Below, piece by piece: positions 25,020-33,645 of a DNA stretch of 64,000 nucleotides. The first letter of the stretch is position 1; each line of letters starts with the position of its first letter. The translations under genes and the position numbers were made by a program. Origin of the DNA: Candidatus Limnocylindrales bacterium (GTDB lineage: Bacteria; Chloroflexota; Limnocylindria; Limnocylindrales; CSP1-4); NCBI GenBank assembly GCA_036558545.1, contig DATBFJ010000101.1:364-64363 (forward strand), read 5' to 3'. A model generated the notes under the pieces. That model was not told the origin of the DNA. It saw only the letters and a program-made list of their open reading frames with translations, and did not search any database.

Positions 25020-25915
25020 GCCGTTGCCCTGCCAAGGACGAAGAACCGCGATGTCGTGGTGACTTCCGCACGTGCGAAGCCCGCGTCCAGCAAAGCGGCC
25101 CGGAGCTCGTCGGGCTCGTAAAAGACCTTGATGATCGAGAACTTGCGCCCATCGTTCAGCTCACGTGGCTGGTGTTCGTCAATCGTCTCGTCGTAGTCGG
25201 GACTACCCGCCTCGTCGACGAACGCAAAGAGGCCACCTGGCTTCAGCCATCGGTGCACGATCGCCAGGAATTCGGGCAGGCGCCGGCGACGGACGTGGCT
25301 CAGCCATGCACCGCAGAACACCGCATCGACTTGGCGATCAGGCTCAGCCCAGGCGTCGCGGATGTGGATGTGGGCGCGCATGCCATGGGCGATCAGCTTC
25401 TTGCGCGCGACGTCGAGGACTTCTTCGGAGACGTCGTAAATCCATAGCTGGCCCTTTGAGGCAAGAAGCGTCGACCACCAGCCCGTACCCGCCGCGAGCT
25501 CGACGATCTCGCCACTGATCGGCAAGGAATCGAGCCACAGCGTGGCAGCGTCCAGATCAGCCTGGAATACGGCCCGCTCGAGCGGGGGCCGCCATTCGGC
25601 GCCGTAGAACTCGTCGTATTCCGGAGCTCGAGCCGCGTAGTAATCGCGCAGTGCCGCGTTCTCTTCTGAGTTGTGCCTGGCTGCCTGCGAGCGAGATTGC
25701 ATCCCGTCTCTCAATCGGTAGCGCAGGAACTCGTTGTCCTGGGCCTTGCCAACGCACGATGAGCACAGCTGAGCCCATCCCTCCAGGTCGTCGGCCGTGC
25801 GCGTGGTGTATGGCCGACCACACCACAGGCAATTGAACGAAGCGTGAAATCCCGACTCCGACGCGGCCGTCAATCGAGGGCGATCAGCCAAACGCCGCCA
25901 CCTTGAAGAATGCAT
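25016..25915 (-). CDS. zinc-ribbon + class I SAM-dependent methyltransferase (paralog B)
   Basis: CLWCGRPY...LCSSCVGK four-Cys ribbon, then ALRDYYAARAPEYDEFY...VELAAGTGWWSTLLA. The start is uncertain: ATG 25915 overlaps the upstream gene by 32 nt, and TTG 25873 is an alternative. Confidence 0.75.
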   Translation of the reverse strand: MHSSRWRRLADRPRLTAASESGFHASFNCLWCGRPYTTRTADDLEGWAQLCSSCVGKAQDNEFLRYRLRDGMQSRSQAARHNSEENAALRDYYAARAPEYDEFYGAEWRPPLERAVFQADLDAATLWLDSLPISGEIVELAAGTGWWSTLLASKGQLWIYDVSEEVLDVARKKLIAHGMRAHIHIRDAWAEPDRQVDAVFCGAWLSHVRRRRLPEFLAIVHRWLKPGGLFAFVDEAGSPDYDETIDEHQPRELNDGRKFSIIKVFYEPDELRAALLDAGFARAEVTTTSRFFVLGRATA

Positions 25916-26825
25916 CCTCCGGGACCTCGTCGGTGAAGGTGCCCGGGTCGAAGATCTCCGCCAGAAGGGCAATGCCGTCGACGACGCGCGGTCCGGGCCG
26001 GCTGAAGTAGGACGATCCGTCAACAGCGTAGATCTCGCCCTCGCTCAGCGCGGCCATTTGGTCAAGCCAGGCAGGACGGTTGGCCGCACCTGAGTGCCAC
26101 TCGTCGACAGTTCGATGGGCGTCAAATCCGCACGGCATCAGGATGAGCACCTCTGGTTCCACATCTCGAACGCTCTGCCAGCTCGTCTCCACGGCCGGCT
26201 CGCCGGGGGTGCCGAGCAGGTCCCATCCACCCGCCCGGCGGACCTGCTCTGGAACCCAATGGCCCGCCGCGAAGGGCGGGTCGAGCCATTCGAGTGATAC
26301 GACCCTTCGCGGCGGCATGCCGGCCAGGCGGCGCTCGAGGACGCGATTCTCGATGCGCGCCAACCGCTCGCGCAGCAGCTCGATCAGGCCGACTGCCTCA
26401 TCCTCTGCCTCAGCGTAAGCACCCACGGTCGAGATCGAGTTGAAAATGCCCTCAATGCTCGTCGGCTCGAGGCTGATGATCTGTGAGTCCGTTCCGGCCA
26501 GCTTCACGGCCTGAGCGACGTCGCGGTACGAGACCGCGCAGACGTCGCATAGTTCCTGGGTCAGGATGAGGTCCGGGTCGGCCTTCGCCAGCGCCTCGAC
26601 ATCGAGTCGGTAGATCGACTCGCCGCCCTGGACTGACGCGGCAACCCTGTCGTTGATCTGGCGGCTCGTAGCCGTGGCGACCGCGCCGACATCCGAGGTC
26701 ATCGCGGGAATATCGGCTGCCTCAGGTGGGTAGTCGCATTCATGGGTTCGGCCAACGATCTCGTCGCCCAGACCCAGTGCGAAGCAGATCTCCGTCGCCG
26801 ACGGCAGAAGGGACACTATGCGCAC
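25884..26825 (-). CDS. BtuF/TroA-like (cobalamin or siderophore binding fold) protein without signal peptide
   Basis: MRIVSLLPSATEICFALGLGDEIVGRTHECDYP starts directly with the conserved motif that normally follows the signal peptide. Confidence 0.75.
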   Translation of the reverse strand: MRIVSLLPSATEICFALGLGDEIVGRTHECDYPPEAADIPAMTSDVGAVATATSRQINDRVAASVQGGESIYRLDVEALAKADPDLILTQELCDVCAVSYRDVAQAVKLAGTDSQIISLEPTSIEGIFNSISTVGAYAEAEDEAVGLIELLRERLARIENRVLERRLAGMPPRRVVSLEWLDPPFAAGHWVPEQVRRAGGWDLLGTPGEPAVETSWQSVRDVEPEVLILMPCGFDAHRTVDEWHSGAANRPAWLDQMAALSEGEIYAVDGSSYFSRPGPRVVDGIALLAEIFDPGTFTDEVPEDAFFKVAAFG

Positions 26826-26885
26826 GACAGGCAGGATAGGCCGTTACGGCCTTGCCTCCTCGCGGATGTTCGATAGGCTCACCTT

Positions 26886-27836
26886 GTGACAACGCAGGCT
26901 GGCGGAACCGGCGGCGGCAAGGCCGTCGTGGTCGATGGGGTGTGGAAGCGCTTCGGCACGACCGACGTGGTGGCCGATCTCTCGTTCGACGTGGGGCCGA
27001 AGGAGATCCTGGGCTTTCTCGGGCCGAACGGTGCCGGCAAGACAACGACGATGCGCATGATCCTTGACATCATCCGGCCCGACTCAGGGACGATCCGGGT
27101 CTTTGACCAGCCGTCAGGAGTGGAGCACCAGGCGCGCATCGGCTACCTTCCTGAAGACCGCGGGCTGTACCGAGATGTGCCGGTTGTCGACACTCTGGCC
27201 TACTTCGGCGCGCTGCGCGGGTTGCCTCTGGCAGAGTCGAAAAAGCGGGCCACGAAGTTGCTGACCGACGTCGGATTGGGCGATTCGCTCACGAAGAAGG
27301 GCGCCGAGCTATCGCGGGGCATGCACCAGAAGGCCCAGCTGGTCGCCACGATCATCAACGAGCCAGACCTCTTGATCGTCGACGAGCCTTTCTCCGGGCT
27401 CGATCCGGTGAATGCCCAGATGCTCAAGGAACTGCTCCTGGCTCAGCGGGACCGTGGTGCTGCCGTGATCATGAGCACGCATGACATGGAGGACGCCCAG
27501 GTCCTGTGCGATCGGATCGTGTTGATCGACAAGGGTCGCAGGTTGCTCTACGGCGCGGTCGGCGACGTCCGGCGCGCGTTCAGTGACGGCGCAGTTGAGG
27601 TCCAAGGCTCGGACTTGCCGCTCGATACGACGGCACTGCCCGCGGCCAGTCACGCGACTGCATACGATGGCTCGGTCCGCTACCTGTTGCGCGACGGTCA
27701 GACTGCCCAGGATCTTTTCCGCGAGCTGGCCGCGACTCCGGCGGTCGTCGAGCGCTTCGCCGTCGAGGCACCCAATCTGGCCGAGATATTCGTCCGCGCG
27801 GTGGCGGGCGACGAGCGCGCGGAGCGCGTGGCATGA
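26886..27836 (+). CDS. ABC transporter ATP-binding protein (ABC-2/NatA-like)
   Basis: Walker A GPNGAGKTTT, signature LSRGMHQK, Walker B LLIVDEPFSGLD. Confidence 0.9.
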   Translation: MTTQAGGTGGGKAVVVDGVWKRFGTTDVVADLSFDVGPKEILGFLGPNGAGKTTTMRMILDIIRPDSGTIRVFDQPSGVEHQARIGYLPEDRGLYRDVPVVDTLAYFGALRGLPLAESKKRATKLLTDVGLGDSLTKKGAELSRGMHQKAQLVATIINEPDLLIVDEPFSGLDPVNAQMLKELLLAQRDRGAAVIMSTHDMEDAQVLCDRIVLIDKGRRLLYGAVGDVRRAFSDGAVEVQGSDLPLDTTALPAASHATAYDGSVRYLLRDGQTAQDLFRELAATPAVVERFAVEAPNLAEIFVRAVAGDERAERVA

Positions 27837-29074
27837 CCTCGGATTTCGCGCGCTTGGTCGCCCTCGTCGCCCGGCGCGACTACCTGCGCACGGTCCGACG
27901 TCGCGGCTTCGTCGCGGGTACCCTGCTGCTCCCCCTGGCGATGGGGTTCATCTTTGCCCTCTCCGCGTTCAACTCGTCGTCATTCACCGGTGGCCAGGCA
28001 GGGCCGGTCATCGTCGTCAACCAGTCGGCAGTGCCAATCAGCCCGGATCCGGCTCTGACTCCCGACGTGGCCGTGGTCGACCTCGCCGCGGCGGATCGTC
28101 GCCTGGCCGCGGGCGAAATCCCGGATTACTTCATCGTTCCTGCCACCTGGCCGAACCGACCAGTGATCACCGTGGTCTCGCCCGCGCAACCCGCAGGAGG
28201 ACGCGCGCAGGTGCAGCTGACCCGTCGGCTGGCGGCACAGTCGGAGATGGACCTGTTGCTGCGAACGTCGCTGGTGCGAGCGTCGGGAGTGCCCGATACG
28301 GTCCTCGCGCAGCTGATCACGCCCGTGCAGTACATCGACGCGGGCGCGAATGGCGGTCAGTCGTCTGACGCGGCCATCCTCAGCTCCTTCCTCGTTCCCT
28401 ATGCGTTCACGCTCATCTTCATGCTCAGCATCTTCATCACGAGCGGGTACCTGCTGCAGTCAGTGACCGAGGAGAAGGAGAACCGCGTCGTCGAGATCCT
28501 GTTGAGCTCGATACCGGCACTGCCGCTGATGGCGGGCAAGGTCCTCGGCCTTGGAGCGGCTGGTCTTACACAGGTTGCGATCTGGGTCGGCACTGCCCTT
28601 GTCGCCCTGCCGCTGCTCAACAACCAGTTCCAGCTGACGATCCAAATCTCGCCACTGACGCTGCTGCTGGCGGTCGTTTTCTTCGCACTCGGCTACATGT
28701 CGTACGGCGCGATCTACGCGGCCGTCGGTGCGCTTGCTCCGGGCGCACGGGAGGCACAGCAGTACGCGAGCGTCTTCGGTGTGATTGCGGTCGTTCCGAT
28801 CGTGCTGTTGCCGGCATTCCTGAGCGATCCGAACGCACCGATGGTGCTGCTGCTGTGCGTGCTGCCGCTGACGGCACCGGCTGCCATGTTGGCAGTGCTC
28901 GCGTCTTCCACCGCCGTTCCGTGGGCGCTGGTCGTGGTGTCACTCGCCGCGCAGATCGTGTTTGTCGCGCTCGCCACAGTGGGCACCAGTCGCATCTTCC
29001 GCGCGACTCTGCTGCTCTACGGAGTGCGGCCCAGCCTGCGTCGAATTGCCGGTGCGATGTTCGCCCGCTCCTAG
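27833..29074 (+). CDS. ABC-2 family permease (NatB-like)
   Basis: N-terminal TM, a large extracytoplasmic loop, then five C-terminal TMs. 4-nt overlap with the ATPase gene. Confidence 0.85.
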   Translation: MTSDFARLVALVARRDYLRTVRRRGFVAGTLLLPLAMGFIFALSAFNSSSFTGGQAGPVIVVNQSAVPISPDPALTPDVAVVDLAAADRRLAAGEIPDYFIVPATWPNRPVITVVSPAQPAGGRAQVQLTRRLAAQSEMDLLLRTSLVRASGVPDTVLAQLITPVQYIDAGANGGQSSDAAILSSFLVPYAFTLIFMLSIFITSGYLLQSVTEEKENRVVEILLSSIPALPLMAGKVLGLGAAGLTQVAIWVGTALVALPLLNNQFQLTIQISPLTLLLAVVFFALGYMSYGAIYAAVGALAPGAREAQQYASVFGVIAVVPIVLLPAFLSDPNAPMVLLLCVLPLTAPAAMLAVLASSTAVPWALVVVSLAAQIVFVALATVGTSRIFRATLLLYGVRPSLRRIAGAMFARS

Positions 29075-29099
29075 CGGGCTGGAATCCAGTGACGGAAGG

Positions 29100-29390
29100 T
29101 CAGCCGGGCGCCTTCCACTCGTCGATTGTCGCCCTCGCAGAGTCTTTGTCCTTGAACCAACGCGCGTTGAGTTCTGTGTATTGGGCCCACTCGGACGGCA
29201 GTGAGTCTTCGGGGTAGATGGCGTTGACCGGGCACTCGGGTTCGCATGCACCACAGTCGATGCACTCGTCAGGATCGATGAACAGCATGCGATCGGTGCC
29301 GGAGTCGAAGTGGATGCAATCCACGGGGCATACCGCGACGCACGATTGATCGATGACGTCGATGCACGGTTCGGCGATCACGTACGTCAT
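29100..29390 (-). CDS. fdxA: ferredoxin (7Fe, FdxA-like)
   Basis: MTYVIAEPCIDVIDQSCVAVCPVDCIH...CIDCGACEPECPVNAI. Confidence 0.88.
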   Translation of the reverse strand: MTYVIAEPCIDVIDQSCVAVCPVDCIHFDSGTDRMLFIDPDECIDCGACEPECPVNAIYPEDSLPSEWAQYTELNARWFKDKDSARATIDEWKAPG

Positions 29391-29448
29391 CTACGGTTCT
29401 CTCCTGGTAATCACGGTTGGTCTAAGCCTAAATGGCCGGAGGGCAATC

Positions 29449-30036
29449 TTAGCGATCTTCCGGCGTGACCAGCACAACGTCTGCTGCCATGCCCTGCTCG
29501 AGGTGGCCGGGCAGGTGGCACAGCATCTGAAGCGTACCCATGTCTGGCACGTGATACAGCACGCTGGTCGATCCACCTGATGCGAGCAGGATGCGCAGGC
29601 CGCCTACGCCCGGGTCGACGGTTGCGGGAGGCGTCGTCGCGAACGGCGCCGGAGGAGTGTTTACCGCGTCCTCCTCTGCCCAGGCGTCCTGGACAGTGGC
29701 ATCTCCGAGCACAAGCTCGTGCTCGACCATGCCGCCGTTGAACACGTTGAGCCGAATGGTCTCACCCGGATACAGGTACAGCGGCGTTGGGTCGAAGTGG
29801 TAGTCGCGCATGATCACGTTGACGTCGCGCGGCGCCGCATCCGTGCCGGGCCGTTGGCTGGCCGGCGGCGTGGGTGTCGGCGTGCCGGCCAGCGCGGCGC
29901 CAAGCAATACAAGGCCCAGCGCGAGCGCCGCGCCGACTATCAGGACAACGACCGGTCCGCGTGAGATGCGTCGCGCGCTGTTGTCTGTCCGACTGTCGGT
30001 CGAAGCGCGCGGCTCTTGTGGCGACGTGTCAGGCAC
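29449..30036 (-). CDS. membrane-anchored cupredoxin-domain (plastocyanin/azurin-like) protein
   Basis: N-terminal TM. The copper ligand pattern is ...VEHELV...CHLPGHLEQGM (H...C..H...M). GTG start. Confidence 0.75.
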   Translation of the reverse strand: MPDTSPQEPRASTDSRTDNSARRISRGPVVVLIVGAALALGLVLLGAALAGTPTPTPPASQRPGTDAAPRDVNVIMRDYHFDPTPLYLYPGETIRLNVFNGGMVEHELVLGDATVQDAWAEEDAVNTPPAPFATTPPATVDPGVGGLRILLASGGSTSVLYHVPDMGTLQMLCHLPGHLEQGMAADVVLVTPEDR

Positions 30037-30050
30037 CCCGCCAATCTAGG

Positions 30051-30221
30051 TCATGTCCAGCGAAACGGGTTTGGTTCACCAACCTGGATTGACGTCGCGA
30101 CGGCGTCCTGGGCGCCGAATGCGCACAGGGCGATCAAGGCGATCAGCAACAGCAGGCCGGTGCCGCCCATGAGGACGACGGACAGGCTTGGCAGGAAGCG
30201 GGGCAACGATGCGGCGCGCAT
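30051..30221 (-). CDS. possible 56-aa single-TM micro-protein upstream of the cupredoxin gene
   Basis: ATG 30221 is preceded by GGAGAG. Translation MRAASLPRFLPSLSVVLMGGTGLLLLIALIALCAFGAQD.... The stop lies 15 nt before the cupredoxin start. Below the track size cut-off. Confidence 0.3.
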   Translation of the reverse strand: MRAASLPRFLPSLSVVLMGGTGLLLLIALIALCAFGAQDAVATSIQVGEPNPFRWT

Positions 30222-30372
30222 GGCTCTCCATTCACTTCACCTACTCGACGGGAGCCGATCGAACGGCGGCAGCCGGGATCGGTGCGCGAGAGGTTAGAAA
30301 CGGACAGTTATCGCGCGCTTAGCGCTGGCTTATCGCTCGCTTATTTCTTTCGTGGAAAATGCCCGCGTCGTC

Positions 30373-30807
30373 CTAGCGGCGGCTCTCGAAGCAGTCGCTG
30401 CAGTAGACGGGCTTTGAGCCCGACGGCCGGAAGGGCACGCTCGCGGTCTTGCCGCAGTTGGCGCACGTCGCCTCGAACATCTCGCGCGGCCGTCGCTCCG
30501 AATAGCCGGATGAATAGCCACCAGCCGAGTAACCGCCGCTTGACGAGTAGCCAGACGTGGCGTACGAGCTCGAGTAGTCACCCGAGCCGTAGCTGCCGCC
30601 GCCGTAGCCACCATTGCCGTAGCTGTCGCCGCGCGGTGCGCCATCGGCGGAACCGCGGTTGCGCTGGGCCTTGCGAATCTGTCGGCAAGATGAGCAGCGC
30701 TTTGGTGACTCCGTGAAGCCGCGCTGCGCGTAAAACTCTTGCTCGCCTGCCGTGAAATTGAACTCCTGGCCGCAATCGACGCAGGTAATGGACCGATCCG
30801 TATACAC
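30373..30807 (-). CDS. double zinc-ribbon protein with G/S/Y-rich low-complexity linker
   Basis: N-terminal CVDCGQEF...FTESPKRCSSCR (zf-trcl-like), C-terminal CANCGKTASVPFRPSGSKPVYCSDCF (CxxC-x17-CxxC type), and between them GDSYGNGGYGGGSYGSGDYSSSYATSGYSSSGGYSAGGYSSGYS. Confidence 0.8.
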   Translation of the reverse strand: MYTDRSITCVDCGQEFNFTAGEQEFYAQRGFTESPKRCSSCRQIRKAQRNRGSADGAPRGDSYGNGGYGGGSYGSGDYSSSYATSGYSSSGGYSAGGYSSGYSERRPREMFEATCANCGKTASVPFRPSGSKPVYCSDCFESRR

Positions 30808-30953
30808 CTGGAACAGAAACCTCCCTCTCCCTCGGAAAACCGCGGCGAATATATCTACGCTGCGGCCAGAGTCAATCTCCCTGTGAAAATCATGCGAAAT
30901 CTGGCTCGAATGGATTGGCGCGCGGAGCGCGGCTGCGTAACCTTGAGGGCGAG

Positions 30954-31571
30954 ATGGCCGAACCTCCAGTCACGCGCGGTTTCGTTGGCCGCCGCCGCAC
31001 GCCCGACCAGGGCAAACGCGTTCCTCCTGGCCAATACGTCACTACTGATTTCCCGGTCCTCTCCGCCGGGCCGACTCCTCATACGCCGCTCGATCGCTGG
31101 ACGTTGACCGTCGAAGGACTCGTCGCGGCCCCGAAGTCGTGGTCGTGGCAGGAGTTCCAGGCGCTGCCGTCGCGTGACTTCGTCGTCGACATCAGCTGTG
31201 TCACCAAGTGGACACGCCTCGACATGCGCTGGCACGGCGTGAGCGTGGACACGCTTCTCGAGTCCGTCGATCTCGACAAATCAGCCGCGTTCGTGATCGC
31301 TTACTCGGACGGTGGCTACACGACGAATTTACCGCTGGCCGACGTGGTCAACGACCAGGCCTTTGTGGCCTATGGCTACGACGGCGCACCTATGACGCCC
31401 GAGCACGGCGGACCCGCCCGACTCGTCGTGCCGCATCTTTATTTCTGGAAGAGCGCCAAATGGATCCGCGGCCTGCGCATCGTCGACCGCGACCAGCCTG
31501 GATTCTGGGAGTCCTTCGGTTATCACAATCGCGGCGATCCCTGGCTCGAAGAACGCTACTCGGGCGACTGA
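30954..31571 (+). CDS. sulfite oxidase-like molybdopterin oxidoreductase
   Basis: PPGQYVTTDFPVLSAGPTP...GGPARLVVPHLYFWKSAKWIRGL...PGFWESFGYHNRGDPWLEERY. ATG 30954 is preceded by GAGGG. Confidence 0.85.
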   Translation: MAEPPVTRGFVGRRRTPDQGKRVPPGQYVTTDFPVLSAGPTPHTPLDRWTLTVEGLVAAPKSWSWQEFQALPSRDFVVDISCVTKWTRLDMRWHGVSVDTLLESVDLDKSAAFVIAYSDGGYTTNLPLADVVNDQAFVAYGYDGAPMTPEHGGPARLVVPHLYFWKSAKWIRGLRIVDRDQPGFWESFGYHNRGDPWLEERYSGD

Positions 31572-31573
31572 GA

Positions 31574-32311
31574 GTGGCCGCCATCAGCTGGCTCGTGGCG
31601 ACGGTCGCGGCAATCCGCGCCGAGACTCCGCGAGTCAAGACAATCTCGCTCAACGTGCCCGGCTGGACGTCGCACAGGGCTGGGCAGCACGTCGACGTTC
31701 GATTGACCGCCGCGGACGGCTATCAGGCTGAGCGCAGCTATTCGATTGCCTCGGCACCCACGGGACAACCGCTCATCGACCTGACAGTCGAGCGCGTTCC
31801 GGACGGGGAGGTTTCGCCCTTCCTGATCGACGAATTGAGGCTGGGTGATCGTTTCGAGGTTCGCGGACCAATCGGCGGCTACTTCGTCCGCGATCCAGCC
31901 GCCGTGGATCCATTGCTGCTGATTGCCGGCGGATCGGGCATCGTGCCGCTGATGGCGATGATCCGGGATCGGAGCAAGGTCATGTCACGGGTCCCGTGCA
32001 CCCTTCTGTACAGCTCGCGCACTCCGGACGACGTGATCTACGCGACGGAGCTGCACCAGCTCGCGCAATCTGGCGACGGCCTGCGCATCATCGATACGTT
32101 CACCCGCGTGCAGCCGCCCGGCTGGACCGGCTATGCGCGGCGAATAGACATGGCAATGATCAGCGAGGTGCTCGAGACGACCGGCCGCAAAGCGCAGGCG
32201 TTCGTCTGCGGCCCGACTCCGCTGGTCGAATCCGCGGCCGAAGCGCTTGTCGGCCTCGGTCTGTCTCCGGGCCAGATCAAGACCGAGCGTTTCGGACCGA
32301 GCGGAGGCTGA
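31574..32311 (+). CDS. FNR-like FAD/NAD(P)-binding ferredoxin reductase
   Basis: GTG 31574 lies 2 nt after the previous stop. RSYSIAS (FAD RxYS motif) and LLIAGGSGIVPLMAM (NAD motif). Confidence 0.85.
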   Translation: MAAISWLVATVAAIRAETPRVKTISLNVPGWTSHRAGQHVDVRLTAADGYQAERSYSIASAPTGQPLIDLTVERVPDGEVSPFLIDELRLGDRFEVRGPIGGYFVRDPAAVDPLLLIAGGSGIVPLMAMIRDRSKVMSRVPCTLLYSSRTPDDVIYATELHQLAQSGDGLRIIDTFTRVQPPGWTGYARRIDMAMISEVLETTGRKAQAFVCGPTPLVESAAEALVGLGLSPGQIKTERFGPSGG

Positions 32312-32316
32312 CGAAG

Positions 32317-32580
32317 GTGGATGATCAATACACGCTCGACGCCAATGCCGTTGGCGGAATGCTCATGGAGATCTTCGGATCGGACATGACCTCGGTTCCG
32401 AGTCAGTGCACGCACTGCGGCAATGTCGCGCAGGTGGGCAGCCTGCGCGCTTACGGCCTGAACGGTCCTGGCGTCGTTTTGCGCTGTTCGATCTGCACGG
32501 AAATCGTGATCCGTCTCGTGCGCCGCGCGGACGGCGGCTTCCTGGTCGACGCGCGCGGCGCCTCGTATCTACGCCTCTGA
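32317..32580 (+). CDS. DUF6510-like small Cys protein
   Basis: VDDQYTLDANAVGGMLMEIFGSDMT...CTHCG...LRCSICTE. GTG 32317. This is the usual third member of the sulfite-oxidase-like/FNR-like triad (recalled synteny). Confidence 0.65.
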   Translation: MDDQYTLDANAVGGMLMEIFGSDMTSVPSQCTHCGNVAQVGSLRAYGLNGPGVVLRCSICTEIVIRLVRRADGGFLVDARGASYLRL

Positions 32581-32760
32581 GTCGTCGGGCATCTCGGCAG
32601 GCGTGTAGCTCGAGTCCAGGAACTGCTGCGGGTCGTCCTTGAAGTCGAGCATGCAGCCCTTCGAGCAGAAGTAGTACGTCTTGCCGTCGTGCTCTGCCGT
32701 CCATTGCGCGCCCTGGGTCTCGACTTCCATGCCACAGACCGGGTCCATCGCCATTGCCAT
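32569..32760 (-). CDS. YHS-domain protein
   Basis: DPVCGMEVE...HDGKTYYFCSKGC TRASH/YHS motif. Confidence 0.8.
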   Translation of the reverse strand: MAMAMDPVCGMEVETQGAQWTAEHDGKTYYFCSKGCMLDFKDDPQQFLDSSYTPAEMPDDSEA

Positions 32761-32822
32761 GAGATGTTCCTCCGCGCTGTAAGGCCATCGTTCGTGGACC
32801 TGCGCACACTATCCTCGCGCCG

Positions 32823-33626
32823 ATGATTCAAGAGCGCCGACCAAAGACCAAGCCGACCGAAGACCGCAAGCTCCTCCAGGCGGCGCCCTACGCCGACACG
32901 AGCTTCCTGGACAGCGACGCATGGCGCGCATTGCGCATCGAAGGTGAGTTCGTCGAGGGCTTCGATTCGCTCGCCCGACTCGGCCGCGCGGTGACGATCT
33001 TTGGCTCGGCACGCACGCTGGCCAGCGACCCGACCTACAGGGCAGCTGAGCAGCTCGCGGCGCGATTCGCTCGCGAGGGCATCACGGTCATCACTGGCGG
33101 CGGTCCGGGCATCATGGAGGCGGCGAACAAGGGCGCTGCCGAGGCCGGCGGTGTCTCAGTCGGCCTGGGCATCGAGCTGCCTCACGAGCAGGACATCAAC
33201 AAGTACTGCACTCTCGCCCTCAACTTCCGCTACTTCTTCGTGCGCAAGACGATGTTCGTCAAGTACGCGCAGGCATTTGTGATCTTTCCAGGCGGCTTCG
33301 GCACATTCGACGAGCTCTTCGAGTCACTCGTCCTGGTGCAGACCGGCAAGATCGACCATTTCCCGGTGATCCTGTTTGGCTCCTCGTACTGGAAGCCGCT
33401 CATCGACTGGCTGTCCACGGCTGTTCTTGAGCACGGGATGATCGCCCCGATCGACCTGGAGCTTTTCCGCGTCACGGACGATCCCGAAGACATCGTGGCG
33501 TGGGTCCAGAAGTCGTTCGTCGACGCACGCGCCGCGCACAAGGCGGCCGAGGCGAGCTCACACGACTGGGATCACGCCGAGGCCAAACAGGAGCGCCGCG
33601 ACCAGGTCCATCCTCGACCCGAGTAG
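32823..33626 (+). CDS. LOG-family (TIGR00730) cytokinin riboside 5'-monophosphate phosphoribohydrolase-like protein
   Basis: VTIFGSAR...ITGGGPGIMEAANKGA...FPGGFGTFDELFE. Confidence 0.9.
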   Translation: MIQERRPKTKPTEDRKLLQAAPYADTSFLDSDAWRALRIEGEFVEGFDSLARLGRAVTIFGSARTLASDPTYRAAEQLAARFAREGITVITGGGPGIMEAANKGAAEAGGVSVGLGIELPHEQDINKYCTLALNFRYFFVRKTMFVKYAQAFVIFPGGFGTFDELFESLVLVQTGKIDHFPVILFGSSYWKPLIDWLSTAVLEHGMIAPIDLELFRVTDDPEDIVAWVQKSFVDARAAHKAAEASSHDWDHAEAKQERRDQVHPRPE

Positions 33627-33645
33627 ATCGCCGGGACTCCGAGGC

